64,000 nt of DNA, taken from the NCBI GenBank assembly GCA_026397315.1, contig JAPLVC010000002.1:59994-123993 (forward strand), given 5' to 3'. The stretch comes from Candidatus Aenigmatarchaeota archaeon (lineage in GTDB: Archaea > Aenigmatarchaeota > Aenigmatarchaeia > QMZP01 > QMZT01). The position numbers and the translations under genes are program-made. The notes below the pieces were generated by a model. It was not told the DNA's origin and did no database searches. It saw only the letters and a program-made list of their open reading frames with translations. Shown here piece after piece: positions 8,258 through 19,823 of this stretch. The first letter of the stretch is position 1, and every line of letters starts with the position of its first letter.

Positions 8258-10762
8258 TCACTGTCCGTTTTCCGCGTCTCTTATTCTGGCATAGGAAACC
8301 AGAGTGTCGCCGTCGTTGAGGCGCATGACCCTCACGCCCTGAGTAGCTCGACCAATCTCATGGACGTCCTTCGCGAATATGCGGATTACCTGGCCTTCCT
8401 TGGAGACGAACAGTATCTGGTCGTTGTCGTGCAGCGGCACGATGCCTATGACGTTGCCGTTCTTTGCGGTGACCTTGAGGTTCTTGACACCCTTGCCTCC
8501 GCGCCTCTGCTGCCTGTAAAGCTCGAATTTCGTGCGTTTTCCATACCCCTTTTCAGTGACCGTGAAAAGCGAGCCGTGCTCGAATTTGGCGTCTCCCACG
8601 ACTTCGTCCTTGCCGCGCAGGCGGATGCCGCGCACACCGTGCGAAGCGCGGCCGGTCGGCCTGACGTCCTTCTCACCGAAGCGTATGGCATAGCCGTGCT
8701 TTGTCGCTATGAGAATGTCCTCTTTACCGTTCGTCAGCCTCGCTTGTATGAGATCGTCGCCGTCGTTCAGCTTGAGCGCTATTATGCCGCAGCTTCTCGG
8801 ATTCGAATATTCGACCAGCGCTGTTTTCTTGACCAAACCTTTCTTCGTCATGAAAAATATGAATTTGCCTTCCTCGAACTTGTCCACGGGTATCATGTCT
8901 CTCAGGCGCTCGCCTTCCTCGAGGTTCAGCAGGTTGACGATGGGCTTGCCGCGCGCGTAGCGTCCGGCTTCCGGGATGCGATAAGCCTTCATCCAGTGGA
9001 CCTTGCCCTTGTTGGTGAAGCAGAGCAGGTAATCATGGCTGTTCATGACGTAGATTTCCTTGACGATGTCGCCTTCCTTGTTTTTCGCGCCGATTACACC
9101 CTTGCCTCCGCGCCTCTGTTGCTTGTATTCCTCGAGCGGTATGCGCTTCGCGTAGTCGTCGCCAGAGAACGTTATGACCACGTCCTCCTTCTTTATGAGG
9201 CGGTCGTCCTCCAGGTCCTCGACGGAATCGCCGTTGCACGATATCTGCGTTTTTCTCGCGTCGCCGTATTTTTTCTTCAGTTCATGCATCTCGCTCTTGA
9301 TTATGCCGTAAATCTTTTCCTCGTGCTCGAGTATTTCCTTGAGCTCCGCGATGAGCTTGATCAGCGACGCGTGCTCGTCTTTCACTTTCTGTCGCTCCAT
9401 CGAAGCCAGGCGCTGCAAACGCATTTCCAGTATGGCCTGCGCCTGTTTCGGGCTGAGTTTGAAGCGCTCTATTAGATGCTTCTTCGCAGTCTCGACAGTG
9501 TCCGCCGCCCTGATGGTTTTTATCACGTTGTCGATGTCGTTGAGCGCGACCAGAAGGCCTTCGAGAATATGCGCCTTGTCGCTCGCCTCGTTGAGGTCGA
9601 ACTTCGTGCGCTTCGTGATGACGTCTTTTCTGTGCTTTATGAATTCATCGATCATGTCCTTCAGGCTGAGAACGCGTGGCTGGCCGTCGACCAGCGAAAG
9701 CATGTTTATGCCGAAAGTCGTTTGTAATTGCGTGTGCTTGTAGAGATGATTGAGAACGATGTCAGCCTGCTCGTTCTGCGACACGTCGACAATGATGCGC
9801 ATGCCATCTTTGTCAGACTCGTCGCGCAGGTTGGTAACGCCCTTTATCACCTTGTCCCTCGCAAGGCGGGCCATGTCCTCTATGAGCTTCGACTTGTTCA
9901 CTTGGTATGGAATCTCGGTGATTATGATCCTTTCCTTGTCCGCCCCCCTTTTCTCGATTTGAGCCGTCCCTCGCAACGTTATGCCGCCCCTGCCGGTGGT
10001 ATAGGCCTGTATAAGGCCGGCTGTCCCCAGTATCGAGCCGCCCGTCGGGAAATCCGGGCCATGTATTATTTTCATGAGCTCGGGAAGCGTTATCTGCGGG
10101 TTGTCGACGGTTGCAATTACGCCGTCTGCGACCTCGTTGATGTTGTGCGGCGGTATGTTCGTCGCCATGCCCACCGCTATGCCGGACGAGCCGTTGACAA
10201 GGAGATTAGGGAACTTGCTCGGCAACACTGCCGGCTCCTTTAGCGAGCCGTCAAAATTCGGGACGAACTTTATGGTTTCTTTTTCTATGTCCGCAAGGAC
10301 TTCCTGTGCGGTCCTTGCCATCCGTGCCTCGGTGTAGCGCATTGCCGCCGCGCCGTCACCATCGACCGAACCGAAATTCCCTTGTCCATCGATGAGCGGG
10401 TAGCGTAACGAGAACGTCTGCACCATGCGGACCAGTGCATCGTAGACTGACTGATCGCCGTGAGGGTGGTATTTACCCAGGACTTCTCCTACGATTCTTG
10501 CAGACTTTTTATAGGGCTTGGAATGGAGCATGCCCATCTCGTGCATGGCGTAAAGAATTCTCCTGTGCACGGGTTTCAAACCGTCGCGCACGTCGGGAAG
10601 CGCTCTGCCGACGATGACTGACATGGAATAATCTAGATAGCTCTCCTTCATCTCTTCCTCGATTATTCTCGGCTTTATGTTTTCCGGCTTTTTCTCTGCA
10701 GTTTTCTCTTCCGGTTTCTTTGCCTTAGCTGCTTCCTCTTCGACTCTCTTTCCCGCTGCCAT
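8258..10762 (-). CDS. gyrA: DNA gyrase subunit A
   Basis: [29 protein letters not shown] catalytic Tyr, GyrA-box QRRGGKG; ATG at 10762 follows GGTGA SD (ORF track starts at GTG 10774). Confidence 0.97.
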   Translation of the reverse strand: MAAGKRVEEEAAKAKKPEEKTAEKKPENIKPRIIEEEMKESYLDYSMSVIVGRALPDVRDGLKPVHRRILYAMHEMGMLHSKPYKKSARIVGEVLGKYHPHGDQSVYDALVRMVQTFSLRYPLIDGQGNFGSVDGDGAAAMRYTEARMARTAQEVLADIEKETIKFVPNFDGSLKEPAVLPSKFPNLLVNGSSGIAVGMATNIPPHNINEVADGVIATVDNPQITLPELMKIIHGPDFPTGGSILGTAGLIQAYTTGRGGITLRGTAQIEKRGADKERIIITEIPYQVNKSKLIEDMARLARDKVIKGVTNLRDESDKDGMRIIVDVSQNEQADIVLNHLYKHTQLQTTFGINMLSLVDGQPRVLSLKDMIDEFIKHRKDVITKRTKFDLNEASDKAHILEGLLVALNDIDNVIKTIRAADTVETAKKHLIERFKLSPKQAQAILEMRLQRLASMERQKVKDEHASLIKLIAELKEILEHEEKIYGIIKSEMHELKKKYGDARKTQISCNGDSVEDLEDDRLIKKEDVVITFSGDDYAKRIPLEEYKQQRRGGKGVIGAKNKEGDIVKEIYVMNSHDYLLCFTNKGKVHWMKAYRIPEAGRYARGKPIVNLLNLEEGERLRDMIPVDKFEEGKFIFFMTKKGLVKKTALVEYSNPRSCGIIALKLNDGDDLIQARLTNGKEDILIATKHGYAIRFGEKDVRPTGRASHGVRGIRLRGKDEVVGDAKFEHGSLFTVTEKGYGKRTKFELYRQQRRGGKGVKNLKVTAKNGNVIGIVPLHDNDQILFVSKEGQVIRIFAKDVHEIGRATQGVRVMRLNDGDTLVSYARIRDAENGQ

Positions 10763-10791
10763 GTTTATTTTCACCTGTCGATTATGATGAT

Positions 10792-12762
<1,971 letters not shown>

Positions 12763-12777
12763 TTAAAAGTCACTTGG

Positions 12778-12820
12778 TTAATTAATATTATATATTAATT
12801 AATATATAAAGATATATTAA
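12778..12820 (-). promoter_or_regulatory. AT-rich gyrB promoter region with two overlapping perfect inverted repeats and a TATA box
   Basis: TTAATTAATAT-tat-ATATTAATTAA (12778-12802) and TTAATATAT-aaag-ATATATTAA (12799-12820); minus-strand TTTATATA at 12803-12810. Confidence 0.6.
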
Positions 12821-12849
12821 AAGTCCACCTTTGCCGGTTTTCTTGTGCC

Positions 12850-13263
12850 CTAAGAGTTCAGCTTTGCGAACAGGATGCCAGCGCATATGACCTGCACGAA
12901 GATGCTCAGGCTCCAGCTCACGGTCATGAGCAGCGATATCGGGAAGCTGCTGTAGGACATTATCATCCCGGGTATCGTTATGACCCAGTAACCAAGGCCG
13001 AAATAAACGCCCTTTTTAATGGCATCCGTCTCCTTTATCAGTCCTTTCGCCATGTTCCAGAACCATGCCATTATGACGCCCAGCACGAAAGGCTCGACGA
13101 AATAGAGCGACATAAGCGGGTCGGACCACGGACGGAAAAGCGCAGGATTGTTGTATTCCGCGGCCAGAGACGGGAACAGCGCATCGAGCGCGAATCCGAA
13201 GCCCATGCCCACCACGAGCATCGCCGCTCCGGCAATCAGACCAGGTATGATTATTTTTTTCAG
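12850..13263 (-). CDS. Small 4-TM membrane protein, probably starting at CTG (MKKIIIPGLIAGAAMLVVG...)
   Basis: Hydrophobic helices; frame extends 14 codons upstream of ATG 13221 to a CTG preceded by GGTGAT, with an in-frame TAA just upstream. Confidence 0.7.
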   Translation of the reverse strand: MKKIIIPGLIAGAAMLVVGMGFGFALDALFPSLAAEYNNPALFRPWSDPLMSLYFVEPFVLGVIMAWFWNMAKGLIKETDAIKKGVYFGLGYWVITIPGMIMSYSSFPISLLMTVSWSLSIFVQVICAGILFAKLNS

Positions 13264-13362
13264 AAGATCACCATTTTATAATTTGTCAAACCCGCCTATA
13301 AGCATTCCGGCCGCTGTGACGGACGCAGAAATTTTTTATACTACACTCTTCATTATTATGCT

Positions 13363-14436
13363 ATGAGACCAACTGGTCACCACATAATCGCCGAGTTCAT
13401 ATATTGTTCTAAAGACGTTCTCAACAGCAAGGAAAAAATCGAAAAGATTCTGAGCGACGGCATAGCAAGCGCAGGCCTCTCCGTCGTCAGCATACATACT
13501 CACAAGTTCAGCCCGGCAGGCATCACATGCCTCGCCATAATAAGCGAGTCGCACATCGCGATACACACTTACCCGGAGGCGAGGCACGCGTCCGTCGACA
13601 TTTTCACCTGCTCGCCAGGCCCGGAAAAACCGTTCGCGCTTCTCAATTATCTCAAGAAGCAGCTCAGGCCCAAGACGCTGCGCGTCGGCCACGTCTGCCG
13701 CGGCAACCCGCTGGAGATAAAGTACGCGGACTGGATGGAGGGTTTTTCGACGGTCGGCTTCGAGGTGCGCTATCACGTCAAGAAAATCGTCCACAGCAGC
13801 CGCTCGAAGTTCCAGCAGATAGACATCATAGAAAACGACAACTTCGGTCGCATGCTGCTCCTCGACAAGGACGTGCAGATAGCGGAGAAGGACGCGAATG
13901 CCTACACCAAGAACCTCGTCATGCCGCTCGTCGCGTCCGGCAACAGCCTCGAGAAAGTCATGATACTGGGCGGAGGCGACGGCGCTGCAGCCGCGGAGCT
14001 CATGCAGAACGGCGCGAAAAGGATTGCAGTCGTCGATATAGACAAGGAAGTCATAGCCGTCTCGATGAAGTATCTGAGGAAGATTAACAGGAATGTTTTC
14101 AAGAACCCGAAAGTCAAAGTCACCATAGGCGACGCCTACAGGGTCGTGGCCAGCAGCAGGAAATACGACGCAATCATCTACGACCTCACCATACACCCGG
14201 AGGCCTTCATAAAAATAGACAGGGAAGCGTATCTCTCGAAACTTTTCATGAGGATGAAGAAAAGCCTCAACAGCGGCGGCATGGTGACGGTCCAGTGCGG
14301 TCCGGAATTCGATTATGAGACTTGCAGAATGATGAAGAGGATACTGAAGAAGCATTTCATCGACGTCAATTTCTCGTCGTCCTTCATACCATCCTACTGC
14401 GCCAACTGGGTTTTCGCCTCGGCGAAGAAGAAGTGA
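13363..14436 (+). CDS. S-adenosylmethionine decarboxylase - aminopropyltransferase (SpeD-SpeE) fusion
   Basis: N-terminal ISESHIAIHTYPE..VDIFTC pyruvoyl self-cleavage motif; C-terminal SKFQQIDI..FGRMLLLD and ILGGGDG spermidine-synthase motifs. Confidence 0.92.
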   Translation: MRPTGHHIIAEFIYCSKDVLNSKEKIEKILSDGIASAGLSVVSIHTHKFSPAGITCLAIISESHIAIHTYPEARHASVDIFTCSPGPEKPFALLNYLKKQLRPKTLRVGHVCRGNPLEIKYADWMEGFSTVGFEVRYHVKKIVHSSRSKFQQIDIIENDNFGRMLLLDKDVQIAEKDANAYTKNLVMPLVASGNSLEKVMILGGGDGAAAAELMQNGAKRIAVVDIDKEVIAVSMKYLRKINRNVFKNPKVKVTIGDAYRVVASSRKYDAIIYDLTIHPEAFIKIDREAYLSKLFMRMKKSLNSGGMVTVQCGPEFDYETCRMMKRILKKHFIDVNFSSSFIPSYCANWVFASAKKK

Positions 14437-14468
14437 GCCGTGTTTTTCAGGGTTTCTGCTTTGGCGAT

Positions 14469-15407
14469 TTACACGATTCTTGTCGTCAGCATCGTTATTA
14501 TGAAGATTACGTAGAGCAGGATGAACACTATGCCCTGCTTGTGGCCTATGCCTTCGTGCTTTACCATGCTGTAGAAAAGGAACGTGTTGGCGATGATTAT
14601 GAAGGCGAGGGGGATGGTGTAGCTCATCAGCGCCATGCCGCCTATGGGCGACATGACCAGGACGGTTCCCAGTATGAGCGTCAGGTTGACGACGGTGCTG
14701 CCCAGTATGTCGCCTATCGCCAGCGCGCACTGACCCTTTCTTATGGCGGTGAAATCGAGCGCGAGCTCAGGCAGTGTCGTGCCGAAGGATATGAGCGTCA
14801 GGCCTATGACCGCTTCGGATACGCCGAAGAAGGCCGCTATTTCCGCTGCTGAGCCGACAACATATTGGGAGCTTGCCACGACGATGATCATGCCAAACAG
14901 GAAAAGCATTATCGACCTTCTCCATTCCCTTTTCGTGACGCCTTCCCTTATGTTAAGGCTGAACTTGTCCTTGAAGATGAAGAAGCAGTAAAGGCAAAAC
15001 ACAATTAACAGTATCATGCCTTCTATCGGGCCAACTACGCCTTTCGAGAGTATGACTGCCGGCACTATGCTTATTAGGAGCAGCAGTTCCGCGCTTTCAA
15101 TCGTGTGCAATCGCTCGACACGCACCTTTCTCATCAGCGTCACGACCCCGAGCACCAGGCATATGTTCGCTATGCTAGAACCCAGCACGTCGCCGATCGC
15201 CATCGGCGCCTTCTGTATCGCGGTTGCCGTGACGGAAACAATGAAATCGGGCATCGAGACCGAGAAGGCAATCAGAATAAAGCCTATCGCCAGCTGCGAG
15301 ATGCCGGTATACTCGGATATCGCTATCGCCGCGTCTATGACCCACTTGGAGGCGAATATCAGCGCCGCGAGAGCGATGATGAAAATTATGACCGCAATTA
15401 TTATCAT
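14469..15407 (-). CDS. Cation/Ca2+ exchanger (CaCA, YrbG-like)
   Basis: Two alpha-repeats: SVSMPD...GDVLGSSIAN and GTTLPE...GDILGSTVVN. Confidence 0.9.
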   Translation of the reverse strand: MIIIAVIIFIIALAALIFASKWVIDAAIAISEYTGISQLAIGFILIAFSVSMPDFIVSVTATAIQKAPMAIGDVLGSSIANICLVLGVVTLMRKVRVERLHTIESAELLLLISIVPAVILSKGVVGPIEGMILLIVFCLYCFFIFKDKFSLNIREGVTKREWRRSIMLFLFGMIIVVASSQYVVGSAAEIAAFFGVSEAVIGLTLISFGTTLPELALDFTAIRKGQCALAIGDILGSTVVNLTLILGTVLVMSPIGGMALMSYTIPLAFIIIANTFLFYSMVKHEGIGHKQGIVFILLYVIFIITMLTTRIV

Positions 15408-15465
15408 AATTTATTATTTGAGGCCGCCCGGATAAATGCTTAACCGCGAAAAATCAAAAGCAGAA

Positions 15466-16095
15466 TCACTCAATCTCGAAATACTCGAGCCACTCGTCCT
15501 TCGCCAAACGCTCGGGAATTTCCCTGACCTGGTCCTTCGTCCCCTCTACAAGATAGCTCACGCTTATCTTGCCGTTCTTCTTGTCGACCTTGACGAAGAC
15601 TTTCTTGAAGTTCGAGCCCAGCTCCTTCTCTATTTCCTTCTCGTCTATTATCCTGTTGGTCGTTATCGTTAGCTTGCGCTGGTAGGAGCCGACGCCGTGC
15701 GTCTTCAGCTTGCCGTCGACGGCTATTACGGCCCATATCATTATGTAGATTAGGATGCCCGTCAGGTATTCGCCCACGCCGATGATCAGGCCGAATATCG
15801 CGAAAAGCCAGACTGACGCCGCACTCGTGAAGCCGTAAATCTTGTCCGTCGTCTTTATCAGCGCGCCCGCGCCGAGGAAGCCGATGCCGCTCACTACTGC
15901 TCCGAGCAGCGAAAGTGGATTCTCGGGGTAAAGGTTCAGCGCGGTTATCGCGAGACCGCAGGAGCCTATCGCTACGAACGTGAAGGTGCCGAAGCCGACC
16001 GGCTTGTGGGCGCGCTGCCTGTGGAAGCCGAAAGCCATGGACAGGATGAATGTTATGATGAGCCTGGGGAGTATGACCAAAAATATCTCTTCCAT
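15466..16095 (-). CDS. MgtC/SapB family membrane protein
   Basis: KPVGFGTFTFVAIGS, VVSGIGFLGAG, GFTSAASVW; C-terminal ACT-like domain. Confidence 0.9.
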   Translation of the reverse strand: MEEIFLVILPRLIITFILSMAFGFHRQRAHKPVGFGTFTFVAIGSCGLAITALNLYPENPLSLLGAVVSGIGFLGAGALIKTTDKIYGFTSAASVWLFAIFGLIIGVGEYLTGILIYIMIWAVIAVDGKLKTHGVGSYQRKLTITTNRIIDEKEIEKELGSNFKKVFVKVDKKNGKISVSYLVEGTKDQVREIPERLAKDEWLEYFEIE

Positions 16096-16329
16096 GCTAT
16101 TCTTTTGGTGCGGGCCAGTAATTAAAGTTCTTTTCTGCGAAGGCCTGTGAGGCAGTTTCTAGTCGCAAATGGCCGCCGGAAGGGATGCATTTAAATACTT
16201 TATAAAGATATTATGACAATATGTTTATAGAAATTATAAATTCTGAAAAAGCCCAGAAGATATGTTCAAAAAAGGAGTAATTAGTTCTAAAGAAAAAGGA
16301 ATTTTTTATTAGGAGGTGGGCAAAAGCAT

Positions 16330-16689
16330 ATGAGCAATAAACCATTTGGGTGGGATTTGTGCGTAGACCTATACGGTTGCAAATACGAAAAGATAAGGAA
16401 CAGGAAGTTTGTTTTGGAATTTATACGTGTATTGTGTGATGATGTTCTAAAGGTAAGACGCGAGGGCAAGCCTGTGCTGAAGCGCTATGGCAAGGAGCAC
16501 CTCACGGGTTACTCGTTCATACAGTTAATTGAAGTCAGTTCTATAACCGGACATTTGTCGGAGGAGAGGCTTTCAGCCCACATAGACATTTTCAGCTGCG
16601 CGCCGTTCAACGACAAGAACGTCGAAAACTTCACCAGGGAGTTCTTCGAGGCGAAGAAATCGGTCGCTAGAAAAATCATAAGGAAATAG
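16330..16689 (+). CDS. Stand-alone AdoMetDC-family pyruvoyl decarboxylase (SpeD-like)
   Basis: DLYGC, GYSFIQLIEVSSITGH, HIDIFSC; AGGAGGTG SD upstream. Confidence 0.85.
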   Translation: MSNKPFGWDLCVDLYGCKYEKIRNRKFVLEFIRVLCDDVLKVRREGKPVLKRYGKEHLTGYSFIQLIEVSSITGHLSEERLSAHIDIFSCAPFNDKNVENFTREFFEAKKSVARKIIRK

Positions 16690-16694
16690 AGGCG

Positions 16695-17537
16695 ATGCCC
16701 GAGACGAACGACGGCTGGTTCAGGGAGATTGATTCAAAAGACACCATTAGCGTGAGCCTCAAGGTCTCCAAGAAGCTTTTCGAGGGAAAAAGCAAGTTCC
16801 AGGACATAAAGATAATACGCAACCCGGAGTTCGGCAACGTGCTCATCCTCGATGACGGTTTCCAGACCACGGAGTTCGACGAATTCCTTTATCACGAGAT
16901 GCTGGTCCACGTCCCCATGGCGACCCACCCCAACCCCCAAGAAGTGCTGATAGTCGGAGCAGGAGACGGCGGCGCTCTCAGGGAAACGCTGAAGCATCCG
17001 GTTAAGAAAGTGGTCATGGTCGAGCTCGATGGCAAGGTCATAGACGTCTCTAAAAAATTCCTCCCTTCCCTCAGCAACGGCGCTTTCGAGGATAAGCGCG
17101 CGGAGGTCATAGTCGGCGACGGCGCGGACTACATGGCAAAATGCAAGAACAGGTTCGACGTCATAATCCTCGACCTGACCGACCCGATAATGGACGAAGC
17201 CAAGAACCTTTACACCCCGGTTTTCTTCAAGAACCTTTTTGGCGCGCTTAAAGCCGATGGCGTGTTCTCAATGCAGGGAGGCTGCAAGTTTTTCAGGTCC
17301 GACCTGATAAAGAACTATTCTTTCGTTCCCGTGTCGCAGTTCTTCCCCATAACCAAGGTTTACCTGTGCGACATACCAGCGTATGGCACGACGTGGCCGC
17401 TGATTATCGGCTCCAAGAAGCACGACCCGGAGAAGCCGAGAACGCTGAAAATATCCGGCCTGAAGTGCTACAACACCGACTACCACAAAGCGGCGTTCAA
17501 GCTGCCCAATTTCCTGGCGCAGGCTCTTTACGGTTGA
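16695..17537 (+). CDS. speE: Polyamine aminopropyltransferase (spermidine synthase)
   Basis: SKFQ, FGNVLILDD..Q, YHEMLVH, VGAGDGG, DVIILDLTDP. Confidence 0.95.
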   Translation: MPETNDGWFREIDSKDTISVSLKVSKKLFEGKSKFQDIKIIRNPEFGNVLILDDGFQTTEFDEFLYHEMLVHVPMATHPNPQEVLIVGAGDGGALRETLKHPVKKVVMVELDGKVIDVSKKFLPSLSNGAFEDKRAEVIVGDGADYMAKCKNRFDVIILDLTDPIMDEAKNLYTPVFFKNLFGALKADGVFSMQGGCKFFRSDLIKNYSFVPVSQFFPITKVYLCDIPAYGTTWPLIIGSKKHDPEKPRTLKISGLKCYNTDYHKAAFKLPNFLAQALYG

Positions 17538-17620
17538 TTTTTTGGGCTGCACTTTCCTTTTCTCCGATTTCGCATCCGGGGTTTATATTTAAATACAGAG
17601 CGCACTTATTTTATTTCATC

Positions 17621-18187
17621 ATGATACCTGCGAAAGTTTTTTTCGTAAAGGGCGTAGGAGTCCACAAGGACAAGCTTGCTTCTTTCGAAGCCGCCTTGAG
17701 GCAGGCAGGCATAGCGCCGTTTAATCTCGTGAACGTTTCAAGCATACTGCCGCCAAAATGCGAAGTGGTCACAAGGGACCATGGACTCAAGTACCTCAAT
17801 CCGGGCGAAGTGGTTTTTTGCGTGATGGCGAGAACGGACACTAACGAGCCCAACAGGCTCATATCGGTGGCCATAGGCCTTGCTCTGCCCAAAGACAGGG
17901 GTCATTACGGTTATCTTTCCGAGCACCACGGATTCGGCGAGAAGGGCGAGAAAGCCGGCGAGTATGCGGAAGATCTCGCGGCCACGATGCTTGCCACGAC
18001 GCTGGGCGTTCCCTTCGATGCGGACAAGGCATGGGACGAAAGAAGGCAGCAGTACAAAACGAGCGGGCACATATTCAAGACGACGCACATCTGCCAGTCC
18101 GCGGAAGGCCACAAGGACGGCCTGTGGACGAGCGTGATATGCGCTGCAGTTTTCGTGCCGCCTGCAACGGTCGTTTCTGGGCAATAA
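17621..18187 (+). CDS. pdaD: Pyruvoyl-dependent arginine decarboxylase
   Basis: SFEAALRQAGIAPFNLVNVSSILPP (S-S cleavage site), GYLSEHH; ATG 17621 after TATA-like TTTAAATA (ORF-track extension is spurious). Confidence 0.93.
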   Translation: MIPAKVFFVKGVGVHKDKLASFEAALRQAGIAPFNLVNVSSILPPKCEVVTRDHGLKYLNPGEVVFCVMARTDTNEPNRLISVAIGLALPKDRGHYGYLSEHHGFGEKGEKAGEYAEDLAATMLATTLGVPFDADKAWDERRQQYKTSGHIFKTTHICQSAEGHKDGLWTSVICAAVFVPPATVVSGQ

Positions 18188-18211
18188 AAAGCTTTATTGG
18201 CAGGATGAAAT

Positions 18212-19096
18212 ATGAAAAGCGATTTTTCCGGCAAATTCATGAACCTTCCTCCGGAGTTTTCTGACTGTAAGAAATCAAAGATAGTAATCCTTCCGGTGCC
18301 TTTCGACGGCACAAGCACATGGATGAAAGGGGCGGACAAAGGTCCTGAAGCCCTGATTTCAGCTTCTGGGTATCTTGAGTACTGCGAGCCTGAGACAAAG
18401 GCTGAGGTTTGTGAAAAGGGCATTTACACTGACAAGCCCGTCGTTTCCAAAATACCGGAAAGCATGGTAAAAGACGCGTATGGGCGGGTGAAAGCGCTGC
18501 TCGCGGATGGCAAGTTCGTAGTCACGCTCGGCGGCGAGCATTCGGTCTCGATAGGCCCGATTCGCGCGCATGCCGAGCGCTTCGGCGGAATGAGCGTCCT
18601 CCATCTGGACGCGCACGGCGACAGGCGCGACGAATACCATGGCAGCAGATGCAACCACGGCTGCGTAATCGCGCGTGCAAAGGAACATGTCAAAAACGTC
18701 GTCTCCGTGGGCATACGCAGTTTCGACTCCTCCGAGATGGAAAGCCTGGATGAAGACAAGGTATTCTACGCACATGAAATCCACGGCAGGGACGACTGGA
18801 TAAGCAAGGCAGTCAATTCGCTCTCGAATAATGTTTACATAACCATCGACTTGGACGTTTTCGAGATAGGGCTGATGCCATCCACGGGCACGCCGGAACC
18901 TGGCGGCCTCGGCTGGTACGAAGTTACCCGCCTGCTGCGAGCAGTCGCCGAGAAGAAGAACATAGTCGGCTTCGACGTCGTCGAGCTCTGCCCGGACGAG
19001 CGCAACAAGGCGCCGGATTTCCTGGCGGCGAAGCTTGTGCAGGTCCTGCTGAGCTACATATTTTTTCTGGGCAAGCACGCGGAAAAGAAAAGATAA
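18212..19096 (+). CDS. speB: Agmatinase (ureohydrolase family)
   Basis: GGEHS, DAHGD, DLDV, STGTPEPGG metal-binding motifs. Confidence 0.95.
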   Translation: MKSDFSGKFMNLPPEFSDCKKSKIVILPVPFDGTSTWMKGADKGPEALISASGYLEYCEPETKAEVCEKGIYTDKPVVSKIPESMVKDAYGRVKALLADGKFVVTLGGEHSVSIGPIRAHAERFGGMSVLHLDAHGDRRDEYHGSRCNHGCVIARAKEHVKNVVSVGIRSFDSSEMESLDEDKVFYAHEIHGRDDWISKAVNSLSNNVYITIDLDVFEIGLMPSTGTPEPGGLGWYEVTRLLRAVAEKKNIVGFDVVELCPDERNKAPDFLAAKLVQVLLSYIFFLGKHAEKKR

Positions 19097-19121
19097 AAGC
19101 CACGTTCTCAAATAACAACAC

Positions 19122-19784
19122 ATGGAAAAGATGGAGCAGGTTTTCCCGGGCGTGTGGAAGGACGGCAAGCACATTTTCACCAAGAACCTCCTGCCCGGCG
19201 ACAAGACATACTGCAGGACGTTCGTTGAAGAAGACGGTCACGAGTTCAGGGAGTGGAACCCCAACCGCTCGAAACCGGCGGCCGCGATAGCGAACGGGCT
19301 GAAATTCTTCCCGCTGGCGGACAAGGCGAAAGTCCTGTATCTAGGCATCGCTAGCGGGCAGACATCGACTTTCTTTTCCGACATAATCGGTCCGGAAGGC
19401 ATCATCTACGGAGTCGAGATTTCCGAGCGCTGCGTGCGTGACCTGAATCCCGTCGCTGAAAAAAGAGGTAACATCGTGCCCATAGTCGCAGACGCGCGGA
19501 AGCCGGAGGAGTATGGCTGGATTGAGAAAGTCGACGTTGTCTTCGAAGACGTCGCTTCCGACGACCAGAGCGCCATCATGATACGCAATTGCGAGCGCTT
19601 CCTGAAGCCGGACGGCTTCGCCATGATTGCCATAAAATCGAGGTCGATTGACGTCATCAAAAACCCGGAAGAAATCTACAGGCAGGAAATCGCCAAGCTG
19701 GAGGAGCATTTCAAAATCCTGAGCAAAGTCAGACTGGACCCGTTTGAAAAAGACCACATGTTCCTGGTCATGAAAAGAAAGTAG
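19122..19784 (+). CDS. flpA: Fibrillarin-like box C/D 2'-O-methyltransferase
   Basis: REWNPNRSKPAAAI, VLYLGIASG, AIKSRSID, LDPFEKDH. Confidence 0.96.
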   Translation: MEKMEQVFPGVWKDGKHIFTKNLLPGDKTYCRTFVEEDGHEFREWNPNRSKPAAAIANGLKFFPLADKAKVLYLGIASGQTSTFFSDIIGPEGIIYGVEISERCVRDLNPVAEKRGNIVPIVADARKPEEYGWIEKVDVVFEDVASDDQSAIMIRNCERFLKPDGFAMIAIKSRSIDVIKNPEEIYRQEIAKLEEHFKILSKVRLDPFEKDHMFLVMKRK

Positions 19785-19823
19785 TCTGCATTTTATTCAG
19801 AAGAAGGTTTTCGTTTTTAGTTT

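Noticed and set aside
8228-9475. 415-aa + strand ORF antisense to gyrA (likewise 33816-34745, 46861-47724, 22977-23717, 1616-2749 and many shorter ones)
   Set aside because: Shadow ORFs caused by GC3-rich codon bias of real genes on the opposite strand; no motifs.
17366-17620. N-terminal ORF-track extensions of pdaD (also 47734-47979 of the methylase and 46108-46218 of hydD)
   Set aside because: They overlap neighbouring genes and lack homology-like content; downstream ATGs fit promoter or coupling signals.
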